Part shown: one piece after another, positions 1-10,152 of the stretch
How positions within the stretch are numbered: the first letter of the stretch is position 1
Layout: each line of letters opens with the position of its first letter
Source: a bacterium
GTDB taxonomy: Bacteria > Bacteroidota > Bacteroidia > Bacteroidales > Muribaculaceae
Direction of reading: 5' to 3'
NCBI GenBank assembly: GCA_004561555.1
Contig: SFVH01000003.1
Location: 2,798-66,797, forward strand
Length of the DNA: 64,000 nt
Notes under the pieces: generated by a model
Seen by the model: only the letters and a program-made list of their open reading frames with translations
Told to the model about the DNA's origin: nothing
Database searches by the model: none
Position numbers and translations under genes: made by a program

Positions 1-1003
1 CAAAGAAACGAGTCCATTTTTTAAAACCTTTCACATCGATGACAAGAATAAGGATAGCCAACAAACTTGCAGCCATACCACAAGTGAGCATAGCAAACGT
101 AGGAGTCCACAGTTTTTTGCTCAACGGCATACCATAGCTCAGAAGCCAACCGGCTGCCATCAAGATTGTACCGATAACGAGCAATTTCTCCATACGTTCG
201 CGATTATCTTTCAAGGTAACGACAAAATAGCCACAACAGAAACCGATAAGCACATGAGCTATTGATGGAAGAGTGCTCAATAATCCCTCAGGGTCAATCG
301 GCAATGTGCGTGTTTCCGACAAAGCGAGCGAATAAGGACTGCCTTGAGCCACAGAGTCGGTGACATTAGTAACTGTGTCACGATAGAGGTGGGCATCACC
401 TATCACAGCGTGGTCAACTACATATACTATATTGTCGAGTGAAAATTCCAATCCGTTAAATGCCAACAATAACCCGGCATAAACCACAAAAATCGAGGCG
501 ATAATCCAAGGGATAAACTTGTGACGCACGGATATTGCCACAATAGCGGCGGCACAATAACACAAAGCCAACCGTGGCATCACACCCAAGATGCGTAATG
601 TAGAGAAACTATTGGCAGCATTAAGGATTCGTTCTCCAAGAGGTAATGCTTCGTCGGCACGTGCCAACCCATAACAAAATCTACTGAACCAAGCTATGCC
701 TAAACCAATAAGGAAAATGACAATCGTACGCTTTACAATTTTTACGAGCGTAGCATGCGAGTAAGAGAAATTATACTTTCTCATCGAGATATAGGTAGAA
801 ATACCCATAATAAACATAAAGAACGGGAACACCAAATCGGTAGGAGTCAAACCGAACCAACTTGCATGCTCCAACGGGGCATAAATAGCGCCCCACGAAC
901 CGGGATTGTTTACCATAATCATTCCTGCAATAGTAATTCCTCGCAGAATGTCTATTGCAAGAATGCGGCTCTTAGTTTTTTTCAAAGTTACGGCGTTTTC
1001 CAT
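1..1003 (-). CDS. DUF5009 / heparan-alpha-glucosaminide N-acetyltransferase-like integral membrane acyltransferase (C-terminus runs off the left edge)
   Basis: Not in the ORF track because it is open at the window edge. Hand translation from ATG 1003: MENAVTLKKTKSRILAIDILRGITIAGMIMVNNPGSWGAIYAPLEHASWFGLTPTDLVFPFFMFIMG... The frame stays open to position 2 (...AILILVIDVKGFKKWTRFF) and is multi-TM. The R-G-x-x-I, VNNPGSW and DLVFPFF pattern fits the family. Confidence 0.6.
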   Translation of the reverse strand, partial: MENAVTLKKTKSRILAIDILRGITIAGMIMVNNPGSWGAIYAPLEHASWFGLTPTDLVFPFFMFIMGISTYISMRKYNFSYSHATLVKIVKRTIVIFLIGLGIAWFSRFCYGLARADEALPLGERILNAANSFSTLRILGVMPRLALCYCAAAIVAISVRHKFIPWIIASIFVVYAGLLLAFNGLEFSLDNIVYVVDHAVIGDAHLYRDTVTNVTDSVAQGSPYSLALSETRTLPIDPEGLLSTLPSIAHVLIGFCCGYFVVTLKDNRERMEKLLVIGTILMAAGWLLSYGMPLSKKLWTPTFAMLTCGMAASLLAILILVIDVKGFKKWTRFF

Positions 1004-1006
1004 ACA

Positions 1007-3790
1007 TTATAATTTTTCTGTAGAACATTCATCAACTAAATAAGCAATCGACTTATAAGGGATACCTCCATTAAGAGTCAATCCTATTTCGCAAGTTCTA
1101 CTATTAGAGTATCCTCGTTTCACACCTGCTTTTTCCAATTGAGAGCGAAGTTTGCGTAACGCATAACGATTTACCTCAGGCTTGGTAAACCCTTTATCAC
1201 CGGCAAACCCACAACATCCCACCTCTTCCGGAATAATCACTTTTTTGGCACACAAACGCGCCAAGGCTTCAAATTTCTGTTGAAGGCACATGTGTCGGGA
1301 AGAACAAGTGATATGAAGAGCAACAGGCTCATCGATTGGCGAGAAATGCAACCTCGGTGCTATAAACTCATAAATAAACTCAACAGGCTCATATAGTCGT
1401 AATCCTTTAATTACGTTTTTCATACGATGCAGACAAGGGCTTTGGTCGCACACCACAGGATATTCGCCACCATTTGAAGCCTCAAGCAAAGCCATTTCAA
1501 GCTCTTTCGATTTTCGGTCGGCAATTTCAGGCATACCTTTACTTTCCCAAATCGTGCCACAACACAATTTATCCATATTCTTAGGGAAAATCACTTCATA
1601 TCCGGCTTTCTGCATCAGCTTCACCATCTTTTCCAAAAGTGGCATATCATCGTGTTTTGACTTCCCCATAGTCTGATTGATGCAACTCGGGAAATATACC
1701 ACCTTCAATTCCTTAGTCTTCACATCAAGATTGTGAGGATAGTAAGCCATCGGGAATGCCGACGACCACAACGGCAATCCTATAGCCGACATTGCATTAC
1801 CCACGGCATCTACAGCCTTATCACCTATCACCGAATGCAATGCGCTTGCCACGCTCAACATCGGACGCATTGCCGATTTTATACCGGCAAAATGATTAGC
1901 GACAAAATCACCGGTCTTATAACCGAGACTACCTTTAGGCAGCTTAGCCTCTCGTAGCTCATGGACAAGCTCGCCGGTATTAATATTCATCGGACAAGAA
2001 GTGCTACACAATCCGTCACCTGCACAACTCGACACTCCTAATTTATAAAATGCCGATTCGAGCGATTTCAATCGAGCCGGATTTTCACCTGATGAGCGCA
2101 ACCGAGATATTTCACGTTGCACCACAATGCGCTGGCGTGATGATAAAGTCAAACCACAAGTCAAACAATTACGCTCACAAAACCCACATTCGATACAGCG
2201 GTCAACGAGAGGGTTAGCCAATGGGAGGGGTTTGATATTCTTCACATAACACTCAGGGTCGTCATTGAATATAACACCCGGATTGAGAAGATTTTTCGGG
2301 TCGAAGAGAGTTTTCACTCTCGTCATTATATTGAATGCCTTTTCGCCCCATTCAGCCTTAACGAATGGAGCCATATTTCTACCGGTGCCATGCTCGGCTT
2401 TTAGCGAGCCGTCATATTTATCAACGACAAGATGCTCAACCTCCTTCATAAGATTCTTGTATCGCTCCACATTCTCATCAGAATCAAACGACTGCGAAAT
2501 AATGAAGTGGTAGTTACCTTCAAGAGCATGCCCATAGATGCAAGCATCATCATATCCGTAGCGCTCAAGCATTTCAGCAAGGTCAGCGGTAGCTTCAGGC
2601 AGATTCTCGATGTGGAAAGCCACATCTTCGATAAGCACTGTAGTGCCCAATGGTCGAGTGCCTCCCACAGAGGGGAAAATACCGGCACGTATAGCCCAAT
2701 ATTTTGAATATTCTTCAGGCTTGTCGGTGAAATATGCCGGCTTAAACAAATCAAAAGGCTCAAGGATGTTTTTGATAGCCTCAATATTGGTTTGCAGCTC
2801 TTCCTTGCTGTCAGCCTTAGTTTCGGTAAGCACTGCAGTAAGCCCCACCCCGGTGGTGTCGTTAACACTTGATAGCGATTTTTTGTCAAGGAGTTCGGCA
2901 CTAAACACCGGACCCTTTTTCATTGCCACCACAGCACGACAAGCATCTTTAATATCCTTGAAATAAAGCATTCCGCTTGCAGAATGAGGATAGAGATGAC
3001 CGGTCTTCATAGTCACTTCGCTCATAAAAGCGAGCGTACCTTCAGAACCTACCATCAAGTGAGCAATAATGTCAAAGGGGTCGGAAAATCTCACAAACGG
3101 CAATATATTCAATCCTGTAACGTTTTTGATTGAATATTTATAGTTTATACGTTTTGTAAGTTCTTCATCGGCAAGAATTTCGTCTCTGATTGATTCTATA
3201 GTCTCAATAAAATCCGGATACTTCTCGGCAAAATGTCGGCGACTCTCAGCATCCCCTGTGTCGAGCACCGTACCGTCAGAGAGAACGATACGCATGGATA
3301 GCAACTCACGGTCGCTGTTTGCATGGGTGCCGCAATTCATGCCTGAAGCATTATTAATGACAATACCGCCTACCATTGCCGAATTTTTTGAAGCCGGGTC
3401 GGGCGAGAAGATTCGTCCATAAGGCTTGAGAATTTGATTCACTCGTTCACCGATAATACCGGGTTGCAATGTGATTGAGCTTGCATCGGAAGAAATCTTA
3501 TAATTCTCCCAATGCTTGCCTGCAACAATAAGAATTGAATCACTTATTGACTGTCCGGAAAGACTTGTGCCGGCAGCACGAAATGTTGACGGCAAGCCCA
3601 AACGATTAGCTGTCGCCAATAGTTGCGACACCTCCGCTTCATCTTTTGCCCTAACCACAATCTGTGGCACCAAACGGTAGAAACCCGCATCGGTACCCCA
3701 AGCGAGGCAACGGAGGTCATCGGTATAAATGCGACTATCGGGAATAAATGCTCGTATCTCTTTTAAATACGACAGATAGGCTTTTTTCAT
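1007..3790 (-). CDS. FAD-binding and Fe-S-binding oxidoreductase, D-lactate dehydrogenase-like (GlcD-like flavodomain + 4Fe-4S + CCG repeats)
   Basis: 927 aa. The N-terminal half is GlcD/PCMH-type FAD-oxidase-like. Two ferredoxin-type Cys clusters are present (CIECGFCERNC, CAGDGLCSTSCP). The C-terminal part has Cys-rich CCG-type repeats (KLCCGT, VGCCGFAGD). Confidence 0.75.
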   Translation of the reverse strand: MKKAYLSYLKEIRAFIPDSRIYTDDLRCLAWGTDAGFYRLVPQIVVRAKDEAEVSQLLATANRLGLPSTFRAAGTSLSGQSISDSILIVAGKHWENYKISSDASSITLQPGIIGERVNQILKPYGRIFSPDPASKNSAMVGGIVINNASGMNCGTHANSDRELLSMRIVLSDGTVLDTGDAESRRHFAEKYPDFIETIESIRDEILADEELTKRINYKYSIKNVTGLNILPFVRFSDPFDIIAHLMVGSEGTLAFMSEVTMKTGHLYPHSASGMLYFKDIKDACRAVVAMKKGPVFSAELLDKKSLSSVNDTTGVGLTAVLTETKADSKEELQTNIEAIKNILEPFDLFKPAYFTDKPEEYSKYWAIRAGIFPSVGGTRPLGTTVLIEDVAFHIENLPEATADLAEMLERYGYDDACIYGHALEGNYHFIISQSFDSDENVERYKNLMKEVEHLVVDKYDGSLKAEHGTGRNMAPFVKAEWGEKAFNIMTRVKTLFDPKNLLNPGVIFNDDPECYVKNIKPLPLANPLVDRCIECGFCERNCLTCGLTLSSRQRIVVQREISRLRSSGENPARLKSLESAFYKLGVSSCAGDGLCSTSCPMNINTGELVHELREAKLPKGSLGYKTGDFVANHFAGIKSAMRPMLSVASALHSVIGDKAVDAVGNAMSAIGLPLWSSAFPMAYYPHNLDVKTKELKVVYFPSCINQTMGKSKHDDMPLLEKMVKLMQKAGYEVIFPKNMDKLCCGTIWESKGMPEIADRKSKELEMALLEASNGGEYPVVCDQSPCLHRMKNVIKGLRLYEPVEFIYEFIAPRLHFSPIDEPVALHITCSSRHMCLQQKFEALARLCAKKVIIPEEVGCCGFAGDKGFTKPEVNRYALRKLRSQLEKAGVKRGYSNSRTCEIGLTLNGGIPYKSIAYLVDECSTEKL

Positions 3791-3792
3791 CT

Positions 3793-5034
3793 TTATTTGT
3801 ATAAATAATACTGCGAGGATTTAGCTTTAAAAGCATCCAAATCCTTTTTCCAATAATCAATCATATCAGCCACCTTATAGTTTTTGCAGAAAAGGAGGCG
3901 AATTTGGTCGGTGCCCATAACCTTGTCAAACATACCGTAACCACGTTCTTTGTTAGCATCAAAGATTTTGGCGTCGGGATACAGGCGATGAAGCTCTTGC
4001 ATAAAATAGAACTGGCATAAAGTAAGCTCAGCTTTATCAAGGTCAGTGATATATACTTCCACTCCATGTACTTCTTTCAACTCTTTGTTGGCTTCAGGAC
4101 CGACCTTGAAAAAAGGCTTGTAGTTAATTGGACGGAACTTATATCCCGGCAAGTTAAGAGCATTCATAGCGTCAGCCATCTTGTCGGCATCAATATAAGT
4201 TTCTGCGAAACATTGAAACGGCAAGGTATAACCGATACCGGTGTTAAAAGCATAAAGCTCACCGACGACACCCGAGACGGCATAAAATGCAGCGTTCTCA
4301 GGAGTAGGGATTTGTGGAGAAGGAGCTACCCAGGGAAGACCGGTGTCGCGAAATTTCATAGAACGATTCCAACCATCCATCTTAATAACGGTGAGTTTGG
4401 CTTTCTTTGCAATCACACCTTCTTCATTGAGATATGTTGCCAATTCGCCGGGGGTAAGTCCATAAAGATAAGGGATGGCATATTTGCTGACCATAGAGAA
4501 ATAGCCATCTTCCACTACGTTACCCTCCACCTTGTAACCACCGAGGGGATTCGGACGGTCGAGCACCATAAATTCTTTGTCGTTTTCGGCACATGCCTCC
4601 ATACACATACCCATCGTGGCATAGAAAGTGTAGCTACGACAGCCAATATCTTGGATGTCATATACAAGCACATCAATGTCTTTTAGCATTTCGGGAGTAG
4701 GCTTGTGGGTCTTGCCATATAGAGAATAAGTCTTTACGCCGGTTTTGGGGTCTACAGCATCGCTGACGGCATCTCCGGCATGGGCATTACCGCGAACTCC
4801 ATGTTCGGGACCATACAATGCCACCAACTTCACTCCCGGGGCTTCATTAATGATATCGACCGTTGATTTGAGGTTGCTATCTACGCCCGAAGGATTGGTC
4901 ACCAACCCCACGCGCTTGCCTTGCAACTCTCGAAAACCGCCATCGCGAAGCACTTCCACTCCGGTTTTCACATGAGCAAAAGCCATCACAGCTAAAGCAT
5001 ACAAAAAAACTGACAATATTATTTTTTTCATCAT
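3793..5034 (-). CDS. DUF1343 family protein, NamZ-like exo-beta-N-acetylmuramidase (GH171-like), secreted
   Basis: 413 aa with a signal peptide. DUF1343 hallmarks are present: GLVTNPSGV, LYGPEHG, YDIQDIGCRSYTF, VLDRPNPLGG. Confidence 0.8.
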   Translation of the reverse strand: MMKKIILSVFLYALAVMAFAHVKTGVEVLRDGGFRELQGKRVGLVTNPSGVDSNLKSTVDIINEAPGVKLVALYGPEHGVRGNAHAGDAVSDAVDPKTGVKTYSLYGKTHKPTPEMLKDIDVLVYDIQDIGCRSYTFYATMGMCMEACAENDKEFMVLDRPNPLGGYKVEGNVVEDGYFSMVSKYAIPYLYGLTPGELATYLNEEGVIAKKAKLTVIKMDGWNRSMKFRDTGLPWVAPSPQIPTPENAAFYAVSGVVGELYAFNTGIGYTLPFQCFAETYIDADKMADAMNALNLPGYKFRPINYKPFFKVGPEANKELKEVHGVEVYITDLDKAELTLCQFYFMQELHRLYPDAKIFDANKERGYGMFDKVMGTDQIRLLFCKNYKVADMIDYWKKDLDAFKAKSSQYYLYK

Positions 5035-5042
5035 TCTATCAA

Positions 5043-6377
5043 TTATTTTTCTTTCTTACCGTAATTGGGGTCAATTTCCTTATCAACCAAATAAGTCACT
5101 ATAAGCGTAGCGATACAGCACGCCATCACCATCCAGAAGAAATTTACATAGCCTATAGCTTCTTCGATGTAACCTGCCACAAAACCCGGGAGCATCATAC
5201 TCAATGCCATAAATGCCGTACAAATAGCATAGTGAGAAGTCTTAAACTCGCCTTCGGAGAAATACATCATATAAAGCATATATGCAGTGAAACCGAAACC
5301 ATAGCCGAATTGTTCGATACAAACAGCAATACTGATAATTATTTGGTCGGCGGGTTGGAACATCGCAAGATAAACGAAAGTAATACAAGGCAACGTCATG
5401 CAGGCAGCCATCGTCCACAACGATTTCTTCAAGCCTAAACGAGAAGCGAACACACCGCCGACAATACCTCCACCAAGAAGGGCTATCACACCAAATGTGC
5501 CATAGACAAGACCTACCACATCAGTATCCAATCCCAAGCCACCTTCTTTTACGGGATGTACGAGAAACGGCTGACAAAGCTTGATAAGGAAGCCTTCCGG
5601 CAAACGATAAAGCAACATAAATGCAATAGCGAGGAGCACGCCGGGCTTCTTAACAAACGACACAAACGAGTTGCCGAATTCCTTCAAACCGGTAGCAAAA
5701 TCCACCTTCTCGTTTTCAGCAAGGCGAGGACGGTCGTCTTTAGAGCGAGGCAGAAGGAAGGTGTGATACATTGTAACCAAGAAGAACACCGCAGCACTAA
5801 CACCCAACGTCACCTGCCATGAAAACGAGATGTCTTTTGTATCTTTTTCAATAACACCGGCAATATAGACAAGCACACCTTGACCAAACACCGAAGCAAT
5901 GCGATAGAATGTGCTTCTCACGCCGATAAATGCAGCTTGACTGCTCGGATTGTGAGCAATCATATAGTACCCGTCGGCAGCGATGTCGTGGGTGGCTGAA
6001 GCAAATGCCGAAATGATAAACAATATTAGAGTCAGAGTGAACATACTGATTGGTGTATGCCCTTCGGCAATCATTGCAGCATCAGGCTTTGGCAATGTGA
6101 GTGTAAGCAGTATCATTAATGCCGTCATTATCACTTGCATTGAAATAATCCACCAACGTTTGGTTTTGACCACATCAACAAGCGGACCCCACAGTCCTTT
6201 TAGGAACCAAGGGAAATATAATAGTGTAGTAAAAAATGCCATATCACCATTGGGCACCCCCATCTTGGTGAACATCATCACCGAAATATTATTCACCACA
6301 AAATATGGTACACCCTCAGCAAAATACAAGGTCGGCACCCAAAACCATGGCGACAGTTTTTTATCAGAAGTTTTCAT
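5043..6377 (-). CDS. ampG: AmpG-family MFS muropeptide permease
   Basis: 444 aa polytopic membrane protein. The N-terminus PWFWVPTLYFAEGVPYFVVNNISVMMF is typical of Bacteroidota AmpG. It sits in a cell-wall salvage context. Confidence 0.8.
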   Translation of the reverse strand: MKTSDKKLSPWFWVPTLYFAEGVPYFVVNNISVMMFTKMGVPNGDMAFFTTLLYFPWFLKGLWGPLVDVVKTKRWWIISMQVIMTALMILLTLTLPKPDAAMIAEGHTPISMFTLTLILFIISAFASATHDIAADGYYMIAHNPSSQAAFIGVRSTFYRIASVFGQGVLVYIAGVIEKDTKDISFSWQVTLGVSAAVFFLVTMYHTFLLPRSKDDRPRLAENEKVDFATGLKEFGNSFVSFVKKPGVLLAIAFMLLYRLPEGFLIKLCQPFLVHPVKEGGLGLDTDVVGLVYGTFGVIALLGGGIVGGVFASRLGLKKSLWTMAACMTLPCITFVYLAMFQPADQIIISIAVCIEQFGYGFGFTAYMLYMMYFSEGEFKTSHYAICTAFMALSMMLPGFVAGYIEEAIGYVNFFWMVMACCIATLIVTYLVDKEIDPNYGKKEK

Positions 6378-6386
6378 GTCAGGATT

Positions 6387-7700
6387 TTAATATAGTTTTG
6401 TAATATCCGCATCAATAAAATAATGCAGCAGAATTTGTTTGTAATCATAACCTTTTTCGCCCATCACGGCAGCACCGATTTGGCAGAGACCCACGCCGTG
6501 CCCCCAACCGGCACCATGAAGGACAAACTTTTCGGGCAGTCCGTTTTTTTCACCCACCTTTTCCACAACAAAAGCAGAGCTGTAGAGGTGAGACGGAGAG
6601 AGAGTGCGACGTATCTCAAGCTCTTTACCGATAATCAGCGATTGCTTCGTGCCTACAATCTTCAATCGGTAAAGGCGCCCGGATGTGCCGCGTGCCACCG
6701 GCACAAGGTCCAAAATGTTGCCATAATCTTCTCCGGAACGGCTCTTCACGAGTTGAGAAATTTCGTCTTGCGTATATTCCACTTTCCAACGATAGAAGTC
6801 AGTAGTTTCTTGGTCGTAGGAGTTAAGCACCTGCGAAAGAATATTCTTGTCGGAGGTGTTGCAGAAAGCATCGGGAGCATTAAGAATCCATTCGCGAGCA
6901 TTTTCCTCAATCGTAAGGTCGGGGAAATTCATTGGTTCTGCCCCATCTCTACGAGCTTGGAGGTAGTGATAGTGCTTTGGCTCCCAACAATATTCAAACT
7001 GCTCAAATACGCCACCACACGACTTTGAGAAGCGAGCATCGCAAAGTACCCCATCATAGGTCAACACCTGCCCCCAAGTGGCACGAATAGCATCACGCAC
7101 CGTCACTGTCGACTCTCGAGTAATGCCTTGATAACGCTGGCAATGGTCGTCGGCACACACGTCGAAGTTGACGTGGTCTTCACGGTCAAACCAACGCACC
7201 AATTCCTCCTCTGTGCGTGTGCATGGGTTATATGGTGTTTGCTCCGCTGCGAGAGTTTTCCCTTTTTCAATTTGAGCAAGCAACCAACTACGCGAAATCA
7301 CGGCATGTGCCTTAAGCAATTCCAAAGACGCCGTGGCACTCATTTCTGAAGAAATCACACTTAAGAGATACTCCTCAATCGACAAGATATTAATGGCGGT
7401 GAGCTTCTCCCCTTCTACAATCAGTCGGAGCGAGCCGCGAAATTTCTGATTTTCCTTTCTTTCCCAATGGAAATTCACACCGATAACTACGTCAATTAAT
7501 TCGAAACTATCGCTATCGACATTAACGGGAGCGAACTCCAAAGAATCGTAAGTATTACCGAGCCATTTCACTTTACCGCCGTCAATCGCTACTTCATGTG
7601 CTCCGGTCACCTCCTTACCATTGAAAATGTAAGGGGTATCGAACACGAAACGAATAGTCGGGGCGCTCATAATGCCTACTTTCACGCATGGTTGGTCCAT
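6387..7700 (-). CDS. SpoIID/LytB domain protein (lytic transglycosylase / amidase-enhancer family)
   Basis: 437 aa with the C-terminal signature GAGWGHGVGLCQIGAAVMGEKGYDYKQILLHYF. Confidence 0.8.
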   Translation of the reverse strand: MDQPCVKVGIMSAPTIRFVFDTPYIFNGKEVTGAHEVAIDGGKVKWLGNTYDSLEFAPVNVDSDSFELIDVVIGVNFHWERKENQKFRGSLRLIVEGEKLTAINILSIEEYLLSVISSEMSATASLELLKAHAVISRSWLLAQIEKGKTLAAEQTPYNPCTRTEEELVRWFDREDHVNFDVCADDHCQRYQGITRESTVTVRDAIRATWGQVLTYDGVLCDARFSKSCGGVFEQFEYCWEPKHYHYLQARRDGAEPMNFPDLTIEENAREWILNAPDAFCNTSDKNILSQVLNSYDQETTDFYRWKVEYTQDEISQLVKSRSGEDYGNILDLVPVARGTSGRLYRLKIVGTKQSLIIGKELEIRRTLSPSHLYSSAFVVEKVGEKNGLPEKFVLHGAGWGHGVGLCQIGAAVMGEKGYDYKQILLHYFIDADITKLY

Positions 7701-7709
7701 AACTCCTAA

Positions 7710-8645
7710 TTAAATAATTTGTTTAACAATTTCATTCAGTTGGTCATCACTCAAGCAACATTCGTCATAGATTTTCTGCACATCGGCAGCAGTAATCTTG
7801 TCGAAGTCTTTCTCAAGCGGAGTGATAAATACACCACCCATATCTACCGAAGCTGGCGAGATAAGGATGTTGTCATCACCTTCAGCAAAATAACAATCCG
7901 GGCGGTGCTTTTTTCGAGGGAACACAAGGATAGTCCATACTCCGGCATCAAACGAACACAGCACATTAAGCATAGGCTCCGGCTCTCCCTCCGGGATGTC
8001 CAATGCAGCAAACACTTTCTCAAACAGCTCTTCGCCGGCGTCGACTGCCGAAGCTTTTATCATCAAGCAAGGATGCGACAATCCGCTCACCAACATCAGC
8101 GAAACAGCGTTATCGCTAAAGATAGTGCGTTGTGTAGCACTTTCAACCTCTTTCTCCATTGGCATAAAGCCGCTGTTTCCTGCTTGGAAGTGCATATGGT
8201 CGGGTGCCGAAGCGCCACATTTCGGACCATTATAAAATAAGGTGTACCCTTGAAGAACTTCAGCTAAGCGCATCATGTCAGCCATACGCCCGTGGATGCG
8301 TTGGTCCACATGGTCGCGACAAGGGATGGTGAGATGGCGCGGGAAAATCGGGAAAGGATTGATGAGGATGGTATAATCACCCCATTCGATGCCTTCTTGC
8401 ACAGCAGGACGATTAGCCTCACAAAGGAAACATTTACGCTCCTTTAGCGACTTGGCGTCGACCTTTGCCGCTGAAGAGACTATACGAGCCGGATTAAACT
8501 GCACCTTTACCTCCGAGCCTCCAACAGTGAGCGATTTCACCTTTACGCCATTCAACGCAGCAAAATTGTTTCGAGCAGTATCCCACACTGCGAGTTGGCG
8601 TTCGAAAAAATCTTTTATAGTATTTTCAGAAATTTCCATCATCAC
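7710..8645 (-). CDS. DUF4922 protein, HIT/GalT-branch (GDP-hexose phosphorylase-like) nucleotidyl-transfer fold
   Basis: 311 aa with an HxHxQ motif (APDHMHFQAGN) preceded by NPFPIFPRHLTIP. Its start codon directly abuts the stop of the upstream GT2 (8645/8646). Confidence 0.65.
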   Translation of the reverse strand: MMMEISENTIKDFFERQLAVWDTARNNFAALNGVKVKSLTVGGSEVKVQFNPARIVSSAAKVDAKSLKERKCFLCEANRPAVQEGIEWGDYTILINPFPIFPRHLTIPCRDHVDQRIHGRMADMMRLAEVLQGYTLFYNGPKCGASAPDHMHFQAGNSGFMPMEKEVESATQRTIFSDNAVSLMLVSGLSHPCLMIKASAVDAGEELFEKVFAALDIPEGEPEPMLNVLCSFDAGVWTILVFPRKKHRPDCYFAEGDDNILISPASVDMGGVFITPLEKDFDKITAADVQKIYDECCLSDDQLNEIVKQII

Positions 8646-10118
8646 TTATTTCATCTTGTTAAGAGCAATACGAGCTTGGAGTTCCCAAGTGCGGATGCGG
8701 TCTTTGTAAAGGTTATGACCATTCATCTTCACCACATCAAGCGAAGCATCGGAGTTGTCGTCCCAACGACGGCAGTTATACACAGGCTCATAAACACGAC
8801 CGATTTGATATTGGCGAGAGAAATTCAAGCCGAGAGCATAGTCTTCACCATAGCTGGTGTTAGGCACTTTCACTTCGCGAAGCACGGGAGTGTAGAAGGC
8901 TCGAGGAGCACCGAGGCCATTTATGCGTAGCGCATTGTTTCTTCCGTTTTCAGGAGTCCATTCTTTGTGATCGATGATGCCCGGAGCAATCATATTCATA
9001 TTGAAGTCGGTCATCATATATGTGCCTACCACCATTGCGCAATTTTGCTCGTAGAAGGCATTTACCATAATAGACAAAGTATTCTCGTCGCGATATACGT
9101 CGTCGCTGTCGAGTTGCACTGCAAACTTACCGCATTTGGGGTGATGCACACCTTCGTTCCAGCAACCGCCGATGCCGAGGTCTTTACGCCCCGGCACTAT
9201 ATGAATAAGTCGCTCGTCGTCTTTAAACTCATCGATGGCTTCGGTTGTGCCATCAGTAGAATGGTTGTCGATAACAATGAGATTATACTTGAAATCACAT
9301 TTTTGCGAGAGCACCGAACGAATGGCATCACGAATGGTGCGGATACGATTGCGCACAGGGATAATCACAGAAGCCTCATACTCAAAATTACCTTCGCTGA
9401 ATTCGATTTTCTTAAATTCCGGAGCCAAATAGCCTCCGATAGCTTTGAGGTGGGCGGTACAAGCTTTTTCCATCTCAATCTGCACGCCGCGATTTTTGGG
9501 GTCAACATAGTCGAAAATCTTTTCGCCACTCTTACGAGTGTCAAGCTCGACATCAGAATAGAGATATTCGTTGATATGTATAAGGTCGGCAATAGTGGAA
9601 ATCTTCAAGCGCACATCATAAAGACCGGCAAAATCATAATCCACATCAATTTTGCTTACTGCCTCCTTGAGCACTTTTGCATTGAAAAGGAGCACCGAGC
9701 CGAAGTCGAAATCATCACGAAGACTTCCCATTTGATAGTCAATAACAGGAGCATTGCTACGCACATCGCCCACCACGTTGTAGTGGTCGGCATAAGCCAT
9801 ACCGGCAGCGGAATCGTCGGCTATCTTTACCATTCTTTCGATGGCAAACATACCGAACTCCAAGCTATTAAATTTGGTGTAGAGCATTGCATAATCGCAA
9901 TCGGCTTTTGCAGCTATTTTCTTCATCGTATCACTACTGTTGAGATTACCGATAGCGATAATCTCACAGCCTTCGACCTCACCCTGAGCGTCAGCTCCGG
10001 CAAGGAGATAGATGTTTGCCACTAAGTCGCAAGCCTTCAAGCCGGCAACAGTATTCTTCACTTGTTCTGCATTAACGAACGGGATAAAGCAATTAATTCT
10101 TTTCATATTAGGTTGCAA
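8646..10118 (-). CDS. Family 2 glycosyltransferase with an additional N-terminal GT-A-like/unknown domain
   Basis: 490 aa. The C-terminal half is a classical GT2 (ASVIIPVRNRIRTIRDAIRSVLSQ, LIVIDNHSTDGT, QLDSDDVY). The N-terminal ~240 aa is unassigned. Confidence 0.75.
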   Translation of the reverse strand: MQPNMKRINCFIPFVNAEQVKNTVAGLKACDLVANIYLLAGADAQGEVEGCEIIAIGNLNSSDTMKKIAAKADCDYAMLYTKFNSLEFGMFAIERMVKIADDSAAGMAYADHYNVVGDVRSNAPVIDYQMGSLRDDFDFGSVLLFNAKVLKEAVSKIDVDYDFAGLYDVRLKISTIADLIHINEYLYSDVELDTRKSGEKIFDYVDPKNRGVQIEMEKACTAHLKAIGGYLAPEFKKIEFSEGNFEYEASVIIPVRNRIRTIRDAIRSVLSQKCDFKYNLIVIDNHSTDGTTEAIDEFKDDERLIHIVPGRKDLGIGGCWNEGVHHPKCGKFAVQLDSDDVYRDENTLSIMVNAFYEQNCAMVVGTYMMTDFNMNMIAPGIIDHKEWTPENGRNNALRINGLGAPRAFYTPVLREVKVPNTSYGEDYALGLNFSRQYQIGRVYEPVYNCRRWDDNSDASLDVVKMNGHNLYKDRIRTWELQARIALNKMK

Positions 10119-10152
10119 AATTTATAAATTCTAAAAATGGTTAGTATTCGGC

